Virus record (IMG/VR): IMGVR_UViG_3300029705_000015
Source of the DNA: a virus
Lineage: Duplodnaviria; Heunggongvirae; Uroviricota; Caudoviricetes
Direction: 5' to 3' (one strand)
Length of the DNA: 64,000 nucleotides
Of this stretch, positions 8,897 to 18,161 are shown piece by piece; positions within the stretch are counted from its first letter, which is position 1; each line of letters opens with the position of its first letter. Below the pieces are notes generated by a model that searched no databases, had not been told where the DNA came from, and worked only from the letters and a program-made list of their open reading frames with translations. The translations under genes were made by a program, and so were the position numbers.

Positions 8897-11035
8897 TCAA
8901 TTATACATGATATAAATATCACCATTGTCACCAAAATCATCAATACTAGAATCAGTAGGATCATAAGTTTCAAGATGCGTGGCTCTTATCTGTTTGTTAT
9001 CTGCTCCAACTGTGATATTTCCTGCAAACCAAGCATTACCTAACCAATCAAGAGTATAAGCATTTGAACGAGTGGAAGCAGAAGTTCCATTACCTACAAT
9101 ATGTGCATAAGTATTTGCAGCTTGAGCTAATAGCACATCTGTAGTTATATCTCCGTTAGAATCAAGCATGTTACCTTCAGAGTCCCTCTTTACGTCAAGC
9201 ATATTGTATCTGCCATGAACATGTGAATCCTTACCGCTTGCAACTGTTTCACGACCTTCAGCATGAGAAGCTTGCCCTCTAGCAATACTTTTATAACCTT
9301 CTGCATGAGCATAATGAACAGTTGCTTGAGTAGATTCACCCTCTGCATGAGAATAGTTGCCTTGAGCGATTGTCATGTTTCCCTCTGCATGTGAATACAA
9401 TCCTTTTGCTTGAGTTTTCCAGCCTTCTGCATGTGCCGCTGTACTAGTTGCTTGTGTTCCACTTCCTTCAGCATGAGAATATTTACCAGAAGAGGATGTT
9501 CCCTTACCTTCTGAATGAGAAGCATCCCCAGAGGCATTCGTCATGGACCCCTCCGCATGTGCTGCTTCTCCGCAAGATATTGTTAAATACCCTTCAGCAT
9601 GAGCACGTATACTTGTTGCTTGAGCTAGATATCCTTCTGAGTGAGCTCCGTTAGCACTAGCTACTGTGGAATAGCCTTGTGAATGAGAATAGTCTCCTGT
9701 TGCGGATGTTTTGTACCCCTCTGCGTGAGCATAATTACCAGAGGCAGTGGATTCATGCCCTTCAACATGCGCTGCAGATCCCTTTGCAGTGGTAAGAACA
9801 CCAGAAGCAAAGGAATGAGCACCAGAAGCAACTACGCCTGATCCAATAGCAATGGAAGCTTGACCTGTTGCTTGTGTAATCTTATTGTTTTCACCAGCAG
9901 TGCCACCGAATGCAAATGATTGAGAACCAAGTGCTTGGCTCTTGTAGCCTCCAGCAAAGCTATTATTAGCAGTCGCAGCAGTATCTGATCCAATAGCAAC
10001 AGCTGCTTGTCCAACATTCTCTGCTGGATACGGAGCATCATATTTTATTTTTACGTTTGTATGGCTATCCTGTTGAATACTTAAGATCTTTATATTCGAT
10101 AGTTCGACAAAAGTTTCTCTGCCTACTAGTTCGGATGTAATCTCCAAGCGTTGTTCAACTTTTTCTGAAACATCATCAGCGTATCCGGTTATATCTATAT
10201 ATGTTCCTTCTGAAGCTCCACTAATTGAAATTGTCATATCGAAATTTGATGTAAATTCAACAGTAAGTAAAGGAGAGACCTGATTTGGTAGTGCTTCATA
10301 TGAGATACTACCATACTTACTTTCTAAGATGTTGACTTCATCTACATCTATAAATGTATGAGCCAGGCTCATCATGAAAGTTTCAGGTCTAGAATTTACA
10401 TATTCTTCGCTAGGCGGATAGCCAGTTTGTGTTCTATATCCTAAAGATTTAGAGGCTCTAGAATATGCCACGGCGCCCATACCGCCAGCTGTTGAGGCGG
10501 TACCAATTGCTTCACTAAGTCTTAAGTCACTTGCTGGAACAAATCCTCCACTTGAAGTTTCTATACAAGAATAACCTACAAGAGTTTCTAATGATTCTTG
10601 CGTAATAACTTCGTAATTACCATCACCTTCAGAAGCGGCAAGATCACAATCTGCTGAAATTACATAAACAAGTCCATTTGAGTTAATGATATATTCTGAG
10701 CCACTTTTGAAAATTGTACTACCTTGTGTTAAAGAGGCTTTTCCGGTGGCTGCAGTATGAGCTCCGAAAGCTACAGCGTGCTCATTAGCTCGGTTATTTT
10801 CATAGTCACCAAAAATTTCACCGCCACTTAATGTTTGTTGACCAATCCCGACAAACGACAACAGATTTACGTTTGTAGTACCATCACCAATTTTCAAACG
10901 TTGTTTACTATAATTTTCATCACGATCATAAACAATCAATTCACCTGTTCTTGGAACAAAATTTACAGCTTTCTCCCAGTTAACTTCAGTGTCATGTTTA
11001 TGTTGTATTCTTCCAAGAACTATCTTTTCAGGCAT
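8897..11035 (-). CDS. fibre/adhesin: Mtd_N-like N-terminus + YadA-head-like 14-aa (S/A)HAEG repeats
   Basis: N-terminal KHDTEVNW...KIGDG; about 14 tandem G..(S/A)HAEG..T.A repeats; C-terminal GDNGDIYIMY. Confidence 0.8.
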   Translation of the reverse strand: MPEKIVLGRIQHKHDTEVNWEKAVNFVPRTGELIVYDRDENYSKQRLKIGDGTTNVNLLSFVGIGQQTLSGGEIFGDYENNRANEHAVAFGAHTAATGKASLTQGSTIFKSGSEYIINSNGLVYVISADCDLAASEGDGNYEVITQESLETLVGYSCIETSSGGFVPASDLRLSEAIGTASTAGGMGAVAYSRASKSLGYRTQTGYPPSEEYVNSRPETFMMSLAHTFIDVDEVNILESKYGSISYEALPNQVSPLLTVEFTSNFDMTISISGASEGTYIDITGYADDVSEKVEQRLEITSELVGRETFVELSNIKILSIQQDSHTNVKIKYDAPYPAENVGQAAVAIGSDTAATANNSFAGGYKSQALGSQSFAFGGTAGENNKITQATGQASIAIGSGVVASGAHSFASGVLTTAKGSAAHVEGHESTASGNYAHAEGYKTSATGDYSHSQGYSTVASANGAHSEGYLAQATSIRAHAEGYLTISCGEAAHAEGSMTNASGDASHSEGKGTSSSGKYSHAEGSGTQATSTAAHAEGWKTQAKGLYSHAEGNMTIAQGNYSHAEGESTQATVHYAHAEGYKSIARGQASHAEGRETVASGKDSHVHGRYNMLDVKRDSEGNMLDSNGDITTDVLLAQAANTYAHIVGNGTSASTRSNAYTLDWLGNAWFAGNITVGADNKQIRATHLETYDPTDSSIDDFGDNGDIYIMYN

Positions 11036-11186
11036 ACTTGTTGTACCTCACATAATTTATCATTTTCAAAATCTTCGAGGATTTCGAGCATCATTTTCAG
11101 CTCTTATCGTATAATCCCTCATAATAAATCATACAACGACTTTTGAGGCATACAGAAATTTCCTCTAAGTTTCCTCGGGACAAGCA

Positions 11187-11217
11187 AGTTGATAAACATG
11201 AATGTACAATATAGAAT
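11187..11217 (+). promoter_or_regulatory. sigmaA-type promoter
   Basis: AG-TTGATA-N17-TAGAAT. Confidence 0.7.
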
Positions 11218-11254
11218 ATACCTAACAAACTATATTAGTGAGGTTACAGTTAAT

Positions 11255-11494
11255 ATGGCAAGAAAGAAAATATCAGATGGTAAGAATTACATCTATGGTG
11301 CAAGAGAAGTGACAACAGGAAAACTTGTTTCTAATCTAACAAATCCTCGTCGTAAGTATTGGGACAGAGAAGGTAATGCACAGAATGCAATCAAATATCA
11401 TAATAGTAGATTTCTAAGATACGGTGGAAAACCAGGGCTTGTAGAACTTGTTAAGTTTGAGCTTGTTGAAGTAACTGATAAAACAGTTGAATAA
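11255..11494 (+). CDS. hypothetical protein
   Basis: ATG at 11255 with GAGG RBS, downstream of the promoter. Confidence 0.6.
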   Translation: MARKKISDGKNYIYGAREVTTGKLVSNLTNPRRKYWDREGNAQNAIKYHNSRFLRYGGKPGLVELVKFELVEVTDKTVE

Positions 11495-11515
11495 ACTTCC
11501 ACTATACATTATAAT
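11485..11515 (+). promoter_or_regulatory. sigmaA-type promoter
   Basis: AG-TTGAAT-N17-TATAAT. Confidence 0.75.
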
Positions 11516-11545
11516 AATGTTATAAAATAACTGGAGGTTGTCACT

Positions 11546-11878
11546 ATGTTATCTTTTGAAGTATTTTCTGAAATGGTTACTCGTTGGAAAACTGGTCGCG
11601 AAGAAGTTGACAAGTTTGAAGAGGCTATAGCTCCGTTTATGGAACGACAGCCGATTGTAACTGTGGGCCAGGATGTTCGTAATGCACTTGAGCAGTTGAT
11701 CTGCATGATGTGTGGACTTGAAAAGAACAGCGACTTGCTCTGGTGGTGGGCTTTTGAGGATGTAGAAAAAGTCATCAAAGTAGACAGCGAACACGTTTAT
11801 GATGTATCTACTTTGGAAGGACTTTACAAGTATATTTGCGACGGCAATGAAAGAGTGGATAAAAATGAAGAGATGTAA
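11546..11878 (+). CDS. hypothetical protein
   Basis: ORF with GGAGG RBS. Confidence 0.65.
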   Translation: MLSFEVFSEMVTRWKTGREEVDKFEEAIAPFMERQPIVTVGQDVRNALEQLICMMCGLEKNSDLLWWWAFEDVEKVIKVDSEHVYDVSTLEGLYKYICDGNERVDKNEEM

Positions 11879-12134
11879 ATGTTGCAAGTATAGATGCTCG
11901 TGTTGTGAAAACAGGCATAGAACTATGTGTGGATTCTGTATGGATGCATCGTGCTTTGAACGAGCACCACACATTGCATTCTGTCCTGATATTGGTGTTC
12001 CTGTAAAAGATATCGATCGTGCTGTTATTATTGTTGGGCAACCTCCACAAATAAAGAGAGAAGAACTGGCCAGGCATATTCATGAGTTCTTAGAAGCAAG
12101 TGGTGGTTTAACACAGGAAGAAATTGCTCTTTGA
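11865..12134 (+). CDS. Cys-rich hypothetical protein
   Basis: MKRCKCCKYRCSCC...FCP; overlaps the previous stop. Confidence 0.55.
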   Translation: MKRCKCCKYRCSCCENRHRTMCGFCMDASCFERAPHIAFCPDIGVPVKDIDRAVIIVGQPPQIKREELARHIHEFLEASGGLTQEEIAL

Positions 12135-12142
12135 GGTGATAG

Positions 12143-12439
12143 ATGAAGCATATAGTATTCAAGCGTCACAACATTGACTGGATAGCTACATGTTGGCTGG
12201 AAAGTAACGGTGTATGTGATGTTACTATCGAAAAGAAACGAGTTAACAAGAAATGGTATCAAAGTAGATACGAATACTTTGTAGACTTCCTGTGCGTTCC
12301 CGAATCAATCAAGGAACTAGAAGAAACAATTTACAAGATGCTTGATAAGAAGTTTTTTGATGTTCAGAAGGAAATGAATTTCAGAAAAGCGTACTATGAT
12401 CTGGAGGATGTGACAAGTTTTGAAAGTACAAGTAATTGA
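12143..12439 (+). CDS. hypothetical protein
   Basis: ORF with GAGGTG RBS. Confidence 0.6.
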   Translation: MKHIVFKRHNIDWIATCWLESNGVCDVTIEKKRVNKKWYQSRYEYFVDFLCVPESIKELEETIYKMLDKKFFDVQKEMNFRKAYYDLEDVTSFESTSN

Positions 12440-12830
12440 AGTTAAGACAGTAAAACCATTCGAATTGTTGCGTCAAAATAGGCAGCTGGAAACAAAACTA
12501 GAACAAGCAGAGATCATCATTTGTCGGAATCAAACTACAATTGATGACTTACATAAAGAACTAGTTGAGGCTAATGATAAACTGCATCAACTGGAAAGAG
12601 CGGTTAAAGCTCAATCAGCTTGTTGGATGTGTAGTTCAAATAAAATTTGTCATCAAGGCGCTGCATTACCGCAAAGTCCTGATGCTTGTTGTGGTAAATT
12701 TACTTTTGGATATAAACAGTCTCAGAAACACAGCAAAACTTGTTGTGACTATAAACACGGTAAATATTGTTGGGGCCAGAAGGACACACCTCAATGTGAT
12801 GAAGAGTTTTGTCCCTTGAATAGAAAGTGA
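12420..12830 (+). CDS. coiled-coil + Cys-rich hypothetical protein
   Basis: ORF in an operon; GGAGG upstream. Confidence 0.55.
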   Translation: MKVQVIEVKTVKPFELLRQNRQLETKLEQAEIIICRNQTTIDDLHKELVEANDKLHQLERAVKAQSACWMCSSNKICHQGAALPQSPDACCGKFTFGYKQSQKHSKTCCDYKHGKYCWGQKDTPQCDEEFCPLNRK

Positions 12831-12836
12831 TATCGC

Positions 12837-13100
12837 ATGAAAAGATTTACTTACTGGCTTGAGCATGAATCAAAGGATTGTGGAATGTGTGATCCTCCAA
12901 TGTCAAATGAACTTGCACTAAAATTCCTGAAAGACTATCTTCTTGGAGAGAACTGGTATGTTTGCACTTCCGAAAGTCATGATCAATGTAACACGGCAAT
13001 TGTTTATGAAATATTATACAACTATTCATCTAAGTTCAGGAAAGAGATGAAAGAATATAGAAACAGGAAGGAAAAGAAGAGATGGCGGAAAAACATCTAG
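12837..13100 (+). CDS. hypothetical protein
   Basis: ORF in a tightly packed operon. Confidence 0.6.
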   Translation: MKRFTYWLEHESKDCGMCDPPMSNELALKFLKDYLLGENWYVCTSESHDQCNTAIVYEILYNYSSKFRKEMKEYRNRKEKKRWRKNI

Positions 13101-13231
13101 TTTATGCAGAAGATATTATCTACAAGATAATGCAACATCCAAGCAAGAATATTACAAAAGGTCTTGTTAAACAACTTGTTGACGAAGTTGTTGCGGAAAA
13201 TGAGGTTAAAGCACATGAGCGAAACAACTAA
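13082..13231 (+). CDS. small hypothetical protein (49 aa, not in the ORF track)
   Basis: MAEKHLVYAEDIIYK...HERNN* fills the gap between neighbouring ORFs. Confidence 0.45.
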   Translation: MAEKHLVYAEDIIYKIMQHPSKNITKGLVKQLVDEVVAENEVKAHERNN

Positions 13232-13367
13232 GATCATTCTTGAGATATTATATAGCTTAAACCAAGGAAACACAGGTTACTCTCAGGATAGAGTTAATGT
13301 GGCAATTCAACAGTACAATCAACTTGTTGAACATGAAATTATAGGAGGACCAAAGATCAGATTATGA
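13215..13367 (+). CDS. small hypothetical protein
   Basis: ATG at 13215 with GAGG RBS; stop overlaps the next start. Confidence 0.5.
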   Translation: MSETTKIILEILYSLNQGNTGYSQDRVNVAIQQYNQLVEHEIIGGPKIRL

Positions 13368-13849
13368 CACTTGAAATTTTACAGCGTGACATGATTATGT
13401 ACTGGAAGGCTGGAAAGGCTTTCCAGAAGAATGTCATGATTGGCATGATTGATGCAGTTAAGAAAGCTGCTATGACTCCGAAGGGTCGTGTTGAAATTAC
13501 TGAGCAGTTGGTAAACGAAACACTTATGAAGTATCAGAAGACTGTTCAGGAGCAGTATGACACTTGTCCTGATTCTGCAGGAGATCCAGAGCGGGATGCA
13601 GAGTTGAAGGAGCGTAAAGCTGACTACCTTGCTGAGTTGACTCTTGTAAAAGAGTATGCTCCTCAGTTAATGAGTGACTACAATGAAATTAAAGAAGCTG
13701 TTGTTGCCCTTTTGAGTGAGTACGGTCCTGTGGATGCTCTTAGCTCCAAGTCTAATCGTGGCACTGTCATGAAGATTGTTGCTCCTGCAATGAAAGGCAA
13801 AGCTGATATGGCTATTGTTAACAAAGTTGTGGGGGATCTGCTTGTATGA
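13364..13849 (+). CDS. GatB/YqeY-domain protein
   Basis: L..DM....KA....K.V...I...KK; E...EY.P.LMS; G.VMK.V...MKGKADM..VNK.V. Confidence 0.8.
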   Translation: MTLEILQRDMIMYWKAGKAFQKNVMIGMIDAVKKAAMTPKGRVEITEQLVNETLMKYQKTVQEQYDTCPDSAGDPERDAELKERKADYLAELTLVKEYAPQLMSDYNEIKEAVVALLSEYGPVDALSSKSNRGTVMKIVAPAMKGKADMAIVNKVVGDLLV

Positions 13850-14145
13850 TGTGTCAAGGAATTACATTAGATGATCTGATTGCGTCTTACATTCAGCGTT
13901 ATCATTCCGATAAAACAATCCTTGTTATCCACAAGAATAACACAAGGGGCTATACAAGTGTACTTCAGCATCTTGAAGACGATCTTCTAATGCGTGTTCC
14001 ACAAATCATAGAAATCAATTCGGACTATATATTTGTAGGAACTTCCCCTTATGACGGAAACGAGTTTCTGAAAGATAACAAACAAGCTGATTGCCAAACC
14101 CGGATTGACCTTTATGTTCAGGGTGTTCTATATTCTTGTAACTAA
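13846..14145 (+). CDS. hypothetical protein
   Basis: ATGA overlap with the previous gene. Confidence 0.55.
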   Translation: MMCQGITLDDLIASYIQRYHSDKTILVIHKNNTRGYTSVLQHLEDDLLMRVPQIIEINSDYIFVGTSPYDGNEFLKDNKQADCQTRIDLYVQGVLYSCN

Positions 14146-14161
14146 GAAAGGGAAGTAGGTC

Positions 14162-14473
14162 ATGATTTACGGACTTGGCGAAGCAATGCTCTTGACGTGG
14201 GCGCAACTCGGAGTTGTTATCGAAGATATCAAAGAAACAACAGAGTTACTGAATGTCTATATATCAGTACCGAAATCCTCGTATCATAAGAATTGTGAGG
14301 CTGAAGAAATGAGCGGTATGTTTCTTGCAAAAAGATTCAAGGACTCCTTCATTGATATGGGAGTTAAACGAGTTGTAGTAAAAGCAAAAGTTCGTGAAGA
14401 AGATTGGACAAAAGAGTTGTCTAAAGAAGCAATAATTCGAACTAGAAAAGAATTGTATGGAAGTCAATGGTAA
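14162..14473 (+). CDS. hypothetical protein
   Basis: ORF followed by a terminator. Confidence 0.6.
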   Translation: MIYGLGEAMLLTWAQLGVVIEDIKETTELLNVYISVPKSSYHKNCEAEEMSGMFLAKRFKDSFIDMGVKRVVVKAKVREEDWTKELSKEAIIRTRKELYGSQW

Positions 14474-14477
14474 CTCT

Positions 14478-14512
14478 AATAACTGGCTGTAAACTAACAG
14501 CCAGTTATTTTT
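14478..14512 (+). terminator. intrinsic terminator
   Basis: AATAACTGGCTGT/ACAGCCAGTTATT 13-bp stem plus T tract. Confidence 0.75.
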
Positions 14513-14565
14513 ATGTTTCACTGTATGATATATTGTAAACATAGTAGAATACGGAGAACTAAACT

Positions 14566-15090
14566 ATGGCTTTTGATTATATTCGTCAAGTTGAGGTTGA
14601 AGGACACAACGGCACTATTCCTGTAGGTCACTATAACATTTCAACATTTAGAAGTAGTGCAAAGAAAAACAAGCACATCATAAAAATCACTGACAATAAC
14701 TCAAGCAAATTAACTGGAGCAGTCACTATTGAATGCTATGACTCCACTTCAGGATCTTGCTGTAATGTTACTATTCCTGTTAACGGGTTGCAACCTGATG
14801 GTAAGTACTACATTGATAATAGACTTTCAAGTGCTACACCTTCTCATGTTTATGCTGAGGTTCGTGACACAACTAATCTATATGTTCAGTTAGAATTTGG
14901 AAAATCTGTTTGGACAAAGATACTGATTCAATCAGTATCAAATGTTGAAATTGTTGAAGCAGAGGCGGTAACTGGTCTTCCTGAGTTACAACTACAGCAA
15001 AAATATATGACCTTGATTGAAAACGTTGACTACGGGACCTCGTTACCGGCTGCGGGAAATAAAGGAAGAATCTTCTTTGTTAAAGTTTAA
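14566..15090 (+). CDS. putative fibre adaptor protein
   Basis: Beta-rich; C-terminal VDYGTSLPAAGNKGRIFFVKV resembles the C-termini of 2650 and 8897. Confidence 0.55.
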   Translation: MAFDYIRQVEVEGHNGTIPVGHYNISTFRSSAKKNKHIIKITDNNSSKLTGAVTIECYDSTSGSCCNVTIPVNGLQPDGKYYIDNRLSSATPSHVYAEVRDTTNLYVQLEFGKSVWTKILIQSVSNVEIVEAEAVTGLPELQLQQKYMTLIENVDYGTSLPAAGNKGRIFFVKV

Positions 15091-15108
15091 TGAGGAGGAA
15101 ACTAACTG

Positions 15109-16479
15109 ATGGCAACGTATACTGGTTCAGCAACAGAGCTGAAAACATGTAGAAACGGATCCAGTTGGAGAGCAAGCTATCCGTATGCTCGTCAAGGTCG
15201 TACATATTCTTATGATACAGCTGCAAATATTGGACATATCGGATTTAACTTCAATCTACTAAATACTGCAATATCAAGTATTGTGCTAAAATGTACATTT
15301 CTCGATGCTGGTATTGGATCATGGTATACTAAGAATCTCTGTTTTTACAAGAATAGAGGAGTATGTACTCCGGCAAGCTATACCGATTCTTATAAACTTG
15401 GTTCCATAACAAGTACAGGAATGCATAACTGTACTACAACATGGACACTGAATTCAACCACAAACAAAGAGTTGTTTGCAGCTATGGCTGCATACTTTCA
15501 GGCCGGAAACAACGTCCTCATCATATGTAAACCCGAAGATACAAAAACTGAATCTTACGGAAACTACACTGATAACTATCTGGCAATAAGTGCTGTTGAA
15601 ATAACAATAAATTATGAACCTACTTACAATATGGACGTTAACTACAAAGTTAACGGAACACAAACAGGATATTATAGTGGTTATGAAACAGCAGGAACAT
15701 TTGATGCAGTTGTTGGTGGAACAACAGTTGCAGATGATGCTCTTGATCTTAACTATAGAGCAGTAAGTGGTACTTCTTACAAGGTAACAGCAAATCCAGC
15801 AAGTGGTTGGAGATTAGTAAACAACAGTGTTGCAGGAACTAACAAGAAGGTGGAAGGAACTTACCCCTCAAACGATTTTTCTGTTGTACTTGATTTTAGA
15901 GAAGAGTACACAATTACGTACAACAATGGAGGTGGTGGAACAAAGCCATCAAATCAAACAAAAGTTAACGGCACCGCATTAACATTGCGAGGCGCAATGA
16001 CTAGACCAAATACGTCTCCTGGTAACTACACAGTGTCTCTTGTTCCTCAAAATGGTGAAGATAACTCTACATTAACTGCAACACGAACTACATCATATAC
16101 ATTCTTAAAATGGAAATCAACAGCTGGAATAGAATACTCAGGTGGGGGCAGTTATTCTACAGAAAGTGCAACTACAATGACTGCTCAGTGGTCATCTAAT
16201 ACTGTAACTTCTGCAGTCACACTTCCAACATTAACAAAGCCTGGATATGCATTCATGGGGTGGTCAACATCCCCGAACGCAACTACAGGTGTGTCCGGCA
16301 ACTATGTTCCAAGTGGCAATGTTACGCTCTATGGTATATGGGCACCGGAGGGACTTGTTAACATTGATGATGGATCAAGTTTCAATCCACACACAATCTG
16401 GATTGATAATGGAACAAGTTGGGACCAGTACATGGCATATCTTGATACAGGAACTGAGTGGGTTCTATGTAATGAATAA
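15109..16479 (+). CDS. Ser/Thr-rich adhesin with InlB-B-like repeats (similar architecture to 6686)
   Basis: TLPTLTKPGYAFMGWST...VTLYGIW; C-terminal WIDNGTSW/YLDTGTEW beta-hairpins. Confidence 0.7.
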   Translation: MATYTGSATELKTCRNGSSWRASYPYARQGRTYSYDTAANIGHIGFNFNLLNTAISSIVLKCTFLDAGIGSWYTKNLCFYKNRGVCTPASYTDSYKLGSITSTGMHNCTTTWTLNSTTNKELFAAMAAYFQAGNNVLIICKPEDTKTESYGNYTDNYLAISAVEITINYEPTYNMDVNYKVNGTQTGYYSGYETAGTFDAVVGGTTVADDALDLNYRAVSGTSYKVTANPASGWRLVNNSVAGTNKKVEGTYPSNDFSVVLDFREEYTITYNNGGGGTKPSNQTKVNGTALTLRGAMTRPNTSPGNYTVSLVPQNGEDNSTLTATRTTSYTFLKWKSTAGIEYSGGGSYSTESATTMTAQWSSNTVTSAVTLPTLTKPGYAFMGWSTSPNATTGVSGNYVPSGNVTLYGIWAPEGLVNIDDGSSFNPHTIWIDNGTSWDQYMAYLDTGTEWVLCNE

Positions 16480-16484
16480 TCTTG

Positions 16485-16519
16485 ATGAGCTACTAGCGAA
16501 AGTTAGTAGCTCATTTTTA
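16485..16519 (+). terminator. intrinsic terminator
   Basis: ATGAGCTACT...AGTAGCTCAT stem plus TTTT. Confidence 0.75.
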
Positions 16520-16520
16520 T

Positions 16521-16551
16521 AGTTGATAGTTACTTAACAGTTTATTATAAT
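16521..16551 (+). promoter_or_regulatory. sigmaA-type promoter
   Basis: AG-TTGATA-N17-TATAAT. Confidence 0.75.
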
Positions 16552-16586
16552 ATGTATGTAGATAAAACTGTAAAGGACTGGTACTT

Positions 16587-16928
16587 ATGAAGAATGTTTA
16601 TATCGGTGTTGTTGATACTGAAATCCCCTCCACTCTTGAAGTAGAAAAGTGTCGACTTATTAACAAACTCCAAGTTGAGTTAAATCAGCCCTACATGATC
16701 AACTTCAAAGAGGAGTCACTTGATGCACATCCTTATGTTATTACAATGCTCCTCGATGAGTTCAAACGTGAGGACAATCAATATTCCTGGCGAGGTTTTC
16801 TTGTTGGAAGAGCAGAACTTATTGAAAAGTTGAAAGATAGATATCGAGCGTTAGTACTTGAATGTACAGTGATGGATAAGATTCCTGCAAGTTTCAAAGT
16901 TCTTGAATTTACTGAGGAGAGTGAATAA
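16587..16928 (+). CDS. hypothetical protein
   Basis: ORF after the promoter with AAGGA RBS. Confidence 0.6.
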   Translation: MKNVYIGVVDTEIPSTLEVEKCRLINKLQVELNQPYMINFKEESLDAHPYVITMLLDEFKREDNQYSWRGFLVGRAELIEKLKDRYRALVLECTVMDKIPASFKVLEFTEESE

Positions 16929-16929
16929 C

Positions 16930-17130
16930 ATGGCAAAGTTTATTCAGGTTATCGATGCTCAAAATGAAAAGAGACTTATCAATGTTGACAGTATTTCTGA
17001 TATCTATGAAAACTTTATTTATCTAGAAGCTGTCGAAGGTGATAGTCAGATAAAGATACGAACTGCTCACAACTATGAAACTCTTGTTCTTAAGTTACAG
17101 AACGCTGGTGTGGAGGTCTACTTCGAATGA
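16930..17130 (+). CDS. small hypothetical protein (FlbD-like pattern)
   Basis: MAKFIQV...LINVDSI; GAGGAG RBS. Confidence 0.5.
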   Translation: MAKFIQVIDAQNEKRLINVDSISDIYENFIYLEAVEGDSQIKIRTAHNYETLVLKLQNAGVEVYFE

Positions 17131-17336
17131 AAGCAGCACTAGTACGTAGTGACTATAGCACCACCAAGTTGAGTTTGATACAAACCGATGACGGTGATAT
17201 TGTAGTAAAGACTCACGGCCATGATGAATTTCGTATTGCTACTTCGGGTGGTCAATTCCACGGTGAAAAACTTGTTGAAATTACAAACAAGTTCAACGAA
17301 CTAATTGATCTTCTTGGAGGCAGATATCTTGGATAG
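17127..17336 (+). CDS. hypothetical protein
   Basis: ATGA overlap; GGAGG RBS. Confidence 0.55.
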   Translation: MKAALVRSDYSTTKLSLIQTDDGDIVVKTHGHDEFRIATSGGQFHGEKLVEITNKFNELIDLLGGRYLG

Positions 17337-17337
17337 A

Positions 17338-17541
17338 ATGAGAGACATTGTTATTCGTGGAAGATTTCATCCACAATGTCAAGGATGTACAAAACTTGTA
17401 CTGGAACGCAACGGTTATGACAATGTTTGGACTTGTTGTTTTTACTACCAGTGTAATTATCAACTGTGCCATGAAAACGTATGTATCGGAACAAGTTGCC
17501 ATAAGGAGCTAGAGGATGAAAAACCTGAAGTTAGAAACTGA
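17338..17541 (+). CDS. Cys-rich hypothetical protein
   Basis: CQGC...CC...C...C pattern, in an operon. Confidence 0.45.
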   Translation: MRDIVIRGRFHPQCQGCTKLVLERNGYDNVWTCCFYYQCNYQLCHENVCIGTSCHKELEDEKPEVRN

Positions 17542-17803
17542 TACTCATGAATTGAAAATTCTACCACAGTATTTTCACGCTGTTTGGGATGGATACAAAA
17601 CATTTGAGCTAAGAAAAGCCGATCGTGATTACAAAGTTGGAGACTACTTGTTACTTCGAGAATACACAGGTGAACACTATACAGGTTCTTTCATAAAGGT
17701 GATAATTACTTACATACTGAAAGATTGTCCTGAATATGGTCTGGACAAAGATTACTGTATTCTCAGCTTCAAGAGAGTATCTTTTAACGACGTCTGTAGT
17801 TGA
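17516..17803 (+). CDS. ASCH/PUA-like DUF3850 protein
   Basis: HELKILPQYF..V..G.KTFELRK.DRDYKVGD.L.LREY. Confidence 0.85.
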   Translation: MKNLKLETDTHELKILPQYFHAVWDGYKTFELRKADRDYKVGDYLLLREYTGEHYTGSFIKVIITYILKDCPEYGLDKDYCILSFKRVSFNDVCS

Positions 17804-17828
17804 TTATTTAACTGTTAAATTATATAAT
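17798..17828 (+). promoter_or_regulatory. sigmaA-type promoter
   Basis: AG-TTGATT-N17-TATAAT. Confidence 0.75.
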
Positions 17829-17862
17829 AAGTACATAATCAATAAGGAAAGAGGTACTTATT

Positions 17863-18051
17863 ATGCGTAAAGAGGACTTGATCTACCTTGTCATTGAGTT
17901 AATAACTCTTGCAGCTCTCATTATTGAGCATGCTGTATTTCATCTGGATCTTGCGCTTGAATTGATGTGCATTTGCGCAGTTGTAACTTTAGGCCATTTC
18001 ATAAAGATCATGCTTCCCTATGCGATAACAGTTACATACGAAGAATGTTAA
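17863..18051 (+). CDS. small membrane protein (2 TM)
   Basis: Two hydrophobic segments; GAGG RBS. Confidence 0.6.
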   Translation: MRKEDLIYLVIELITLAALIIEHAVFHLDLALELMCICAVVTLGHFIKIMLPYAITVTYEEC

Positions 18052-18060
18052 TTGACGATT

Positions 18061-18096
18061 ATCAGCTCGCCCTTGTTGAAGGGCGAGCTGATTTTG
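18061..18096 (+). terminator. intrinsic terminator
   Basis: 14-bp perfect stem ATCAGCTCGCCCTT/AAGGGCGAGCTGAT plus T tract. Confidence 0.85.
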
Positions 18097-18101
18097 TTTA
18101 C

Positions 18102-18132
18102 AGTTGAATAATCTTTGTCTATACTATATAAT
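18102..18132 (+). promoter_or_regulatory. sigmaA-type promoter
   Basis: AG-TTGAAT-N17-TATAAT. Confidence 0.75.
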
Positions 18133-18161
18133 AACAGTATAATAAGAAGGAGAATATCGTC

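Noticed and set aside
9210-9830. 42-bp periodic repeats as a CRISPR array or VNTR
   Set aside because: The repeats are degenerate, in-frame protein repeats (SHAEG) with no constant repeat/unique spacer structure.
2650-11035. Invertible shufflon between oppositely oriented Mtd_N-like genes
   Set aside because: The 5' ends are similar only at protein level; no identical inverted repeats and no recombinase gene in the window.
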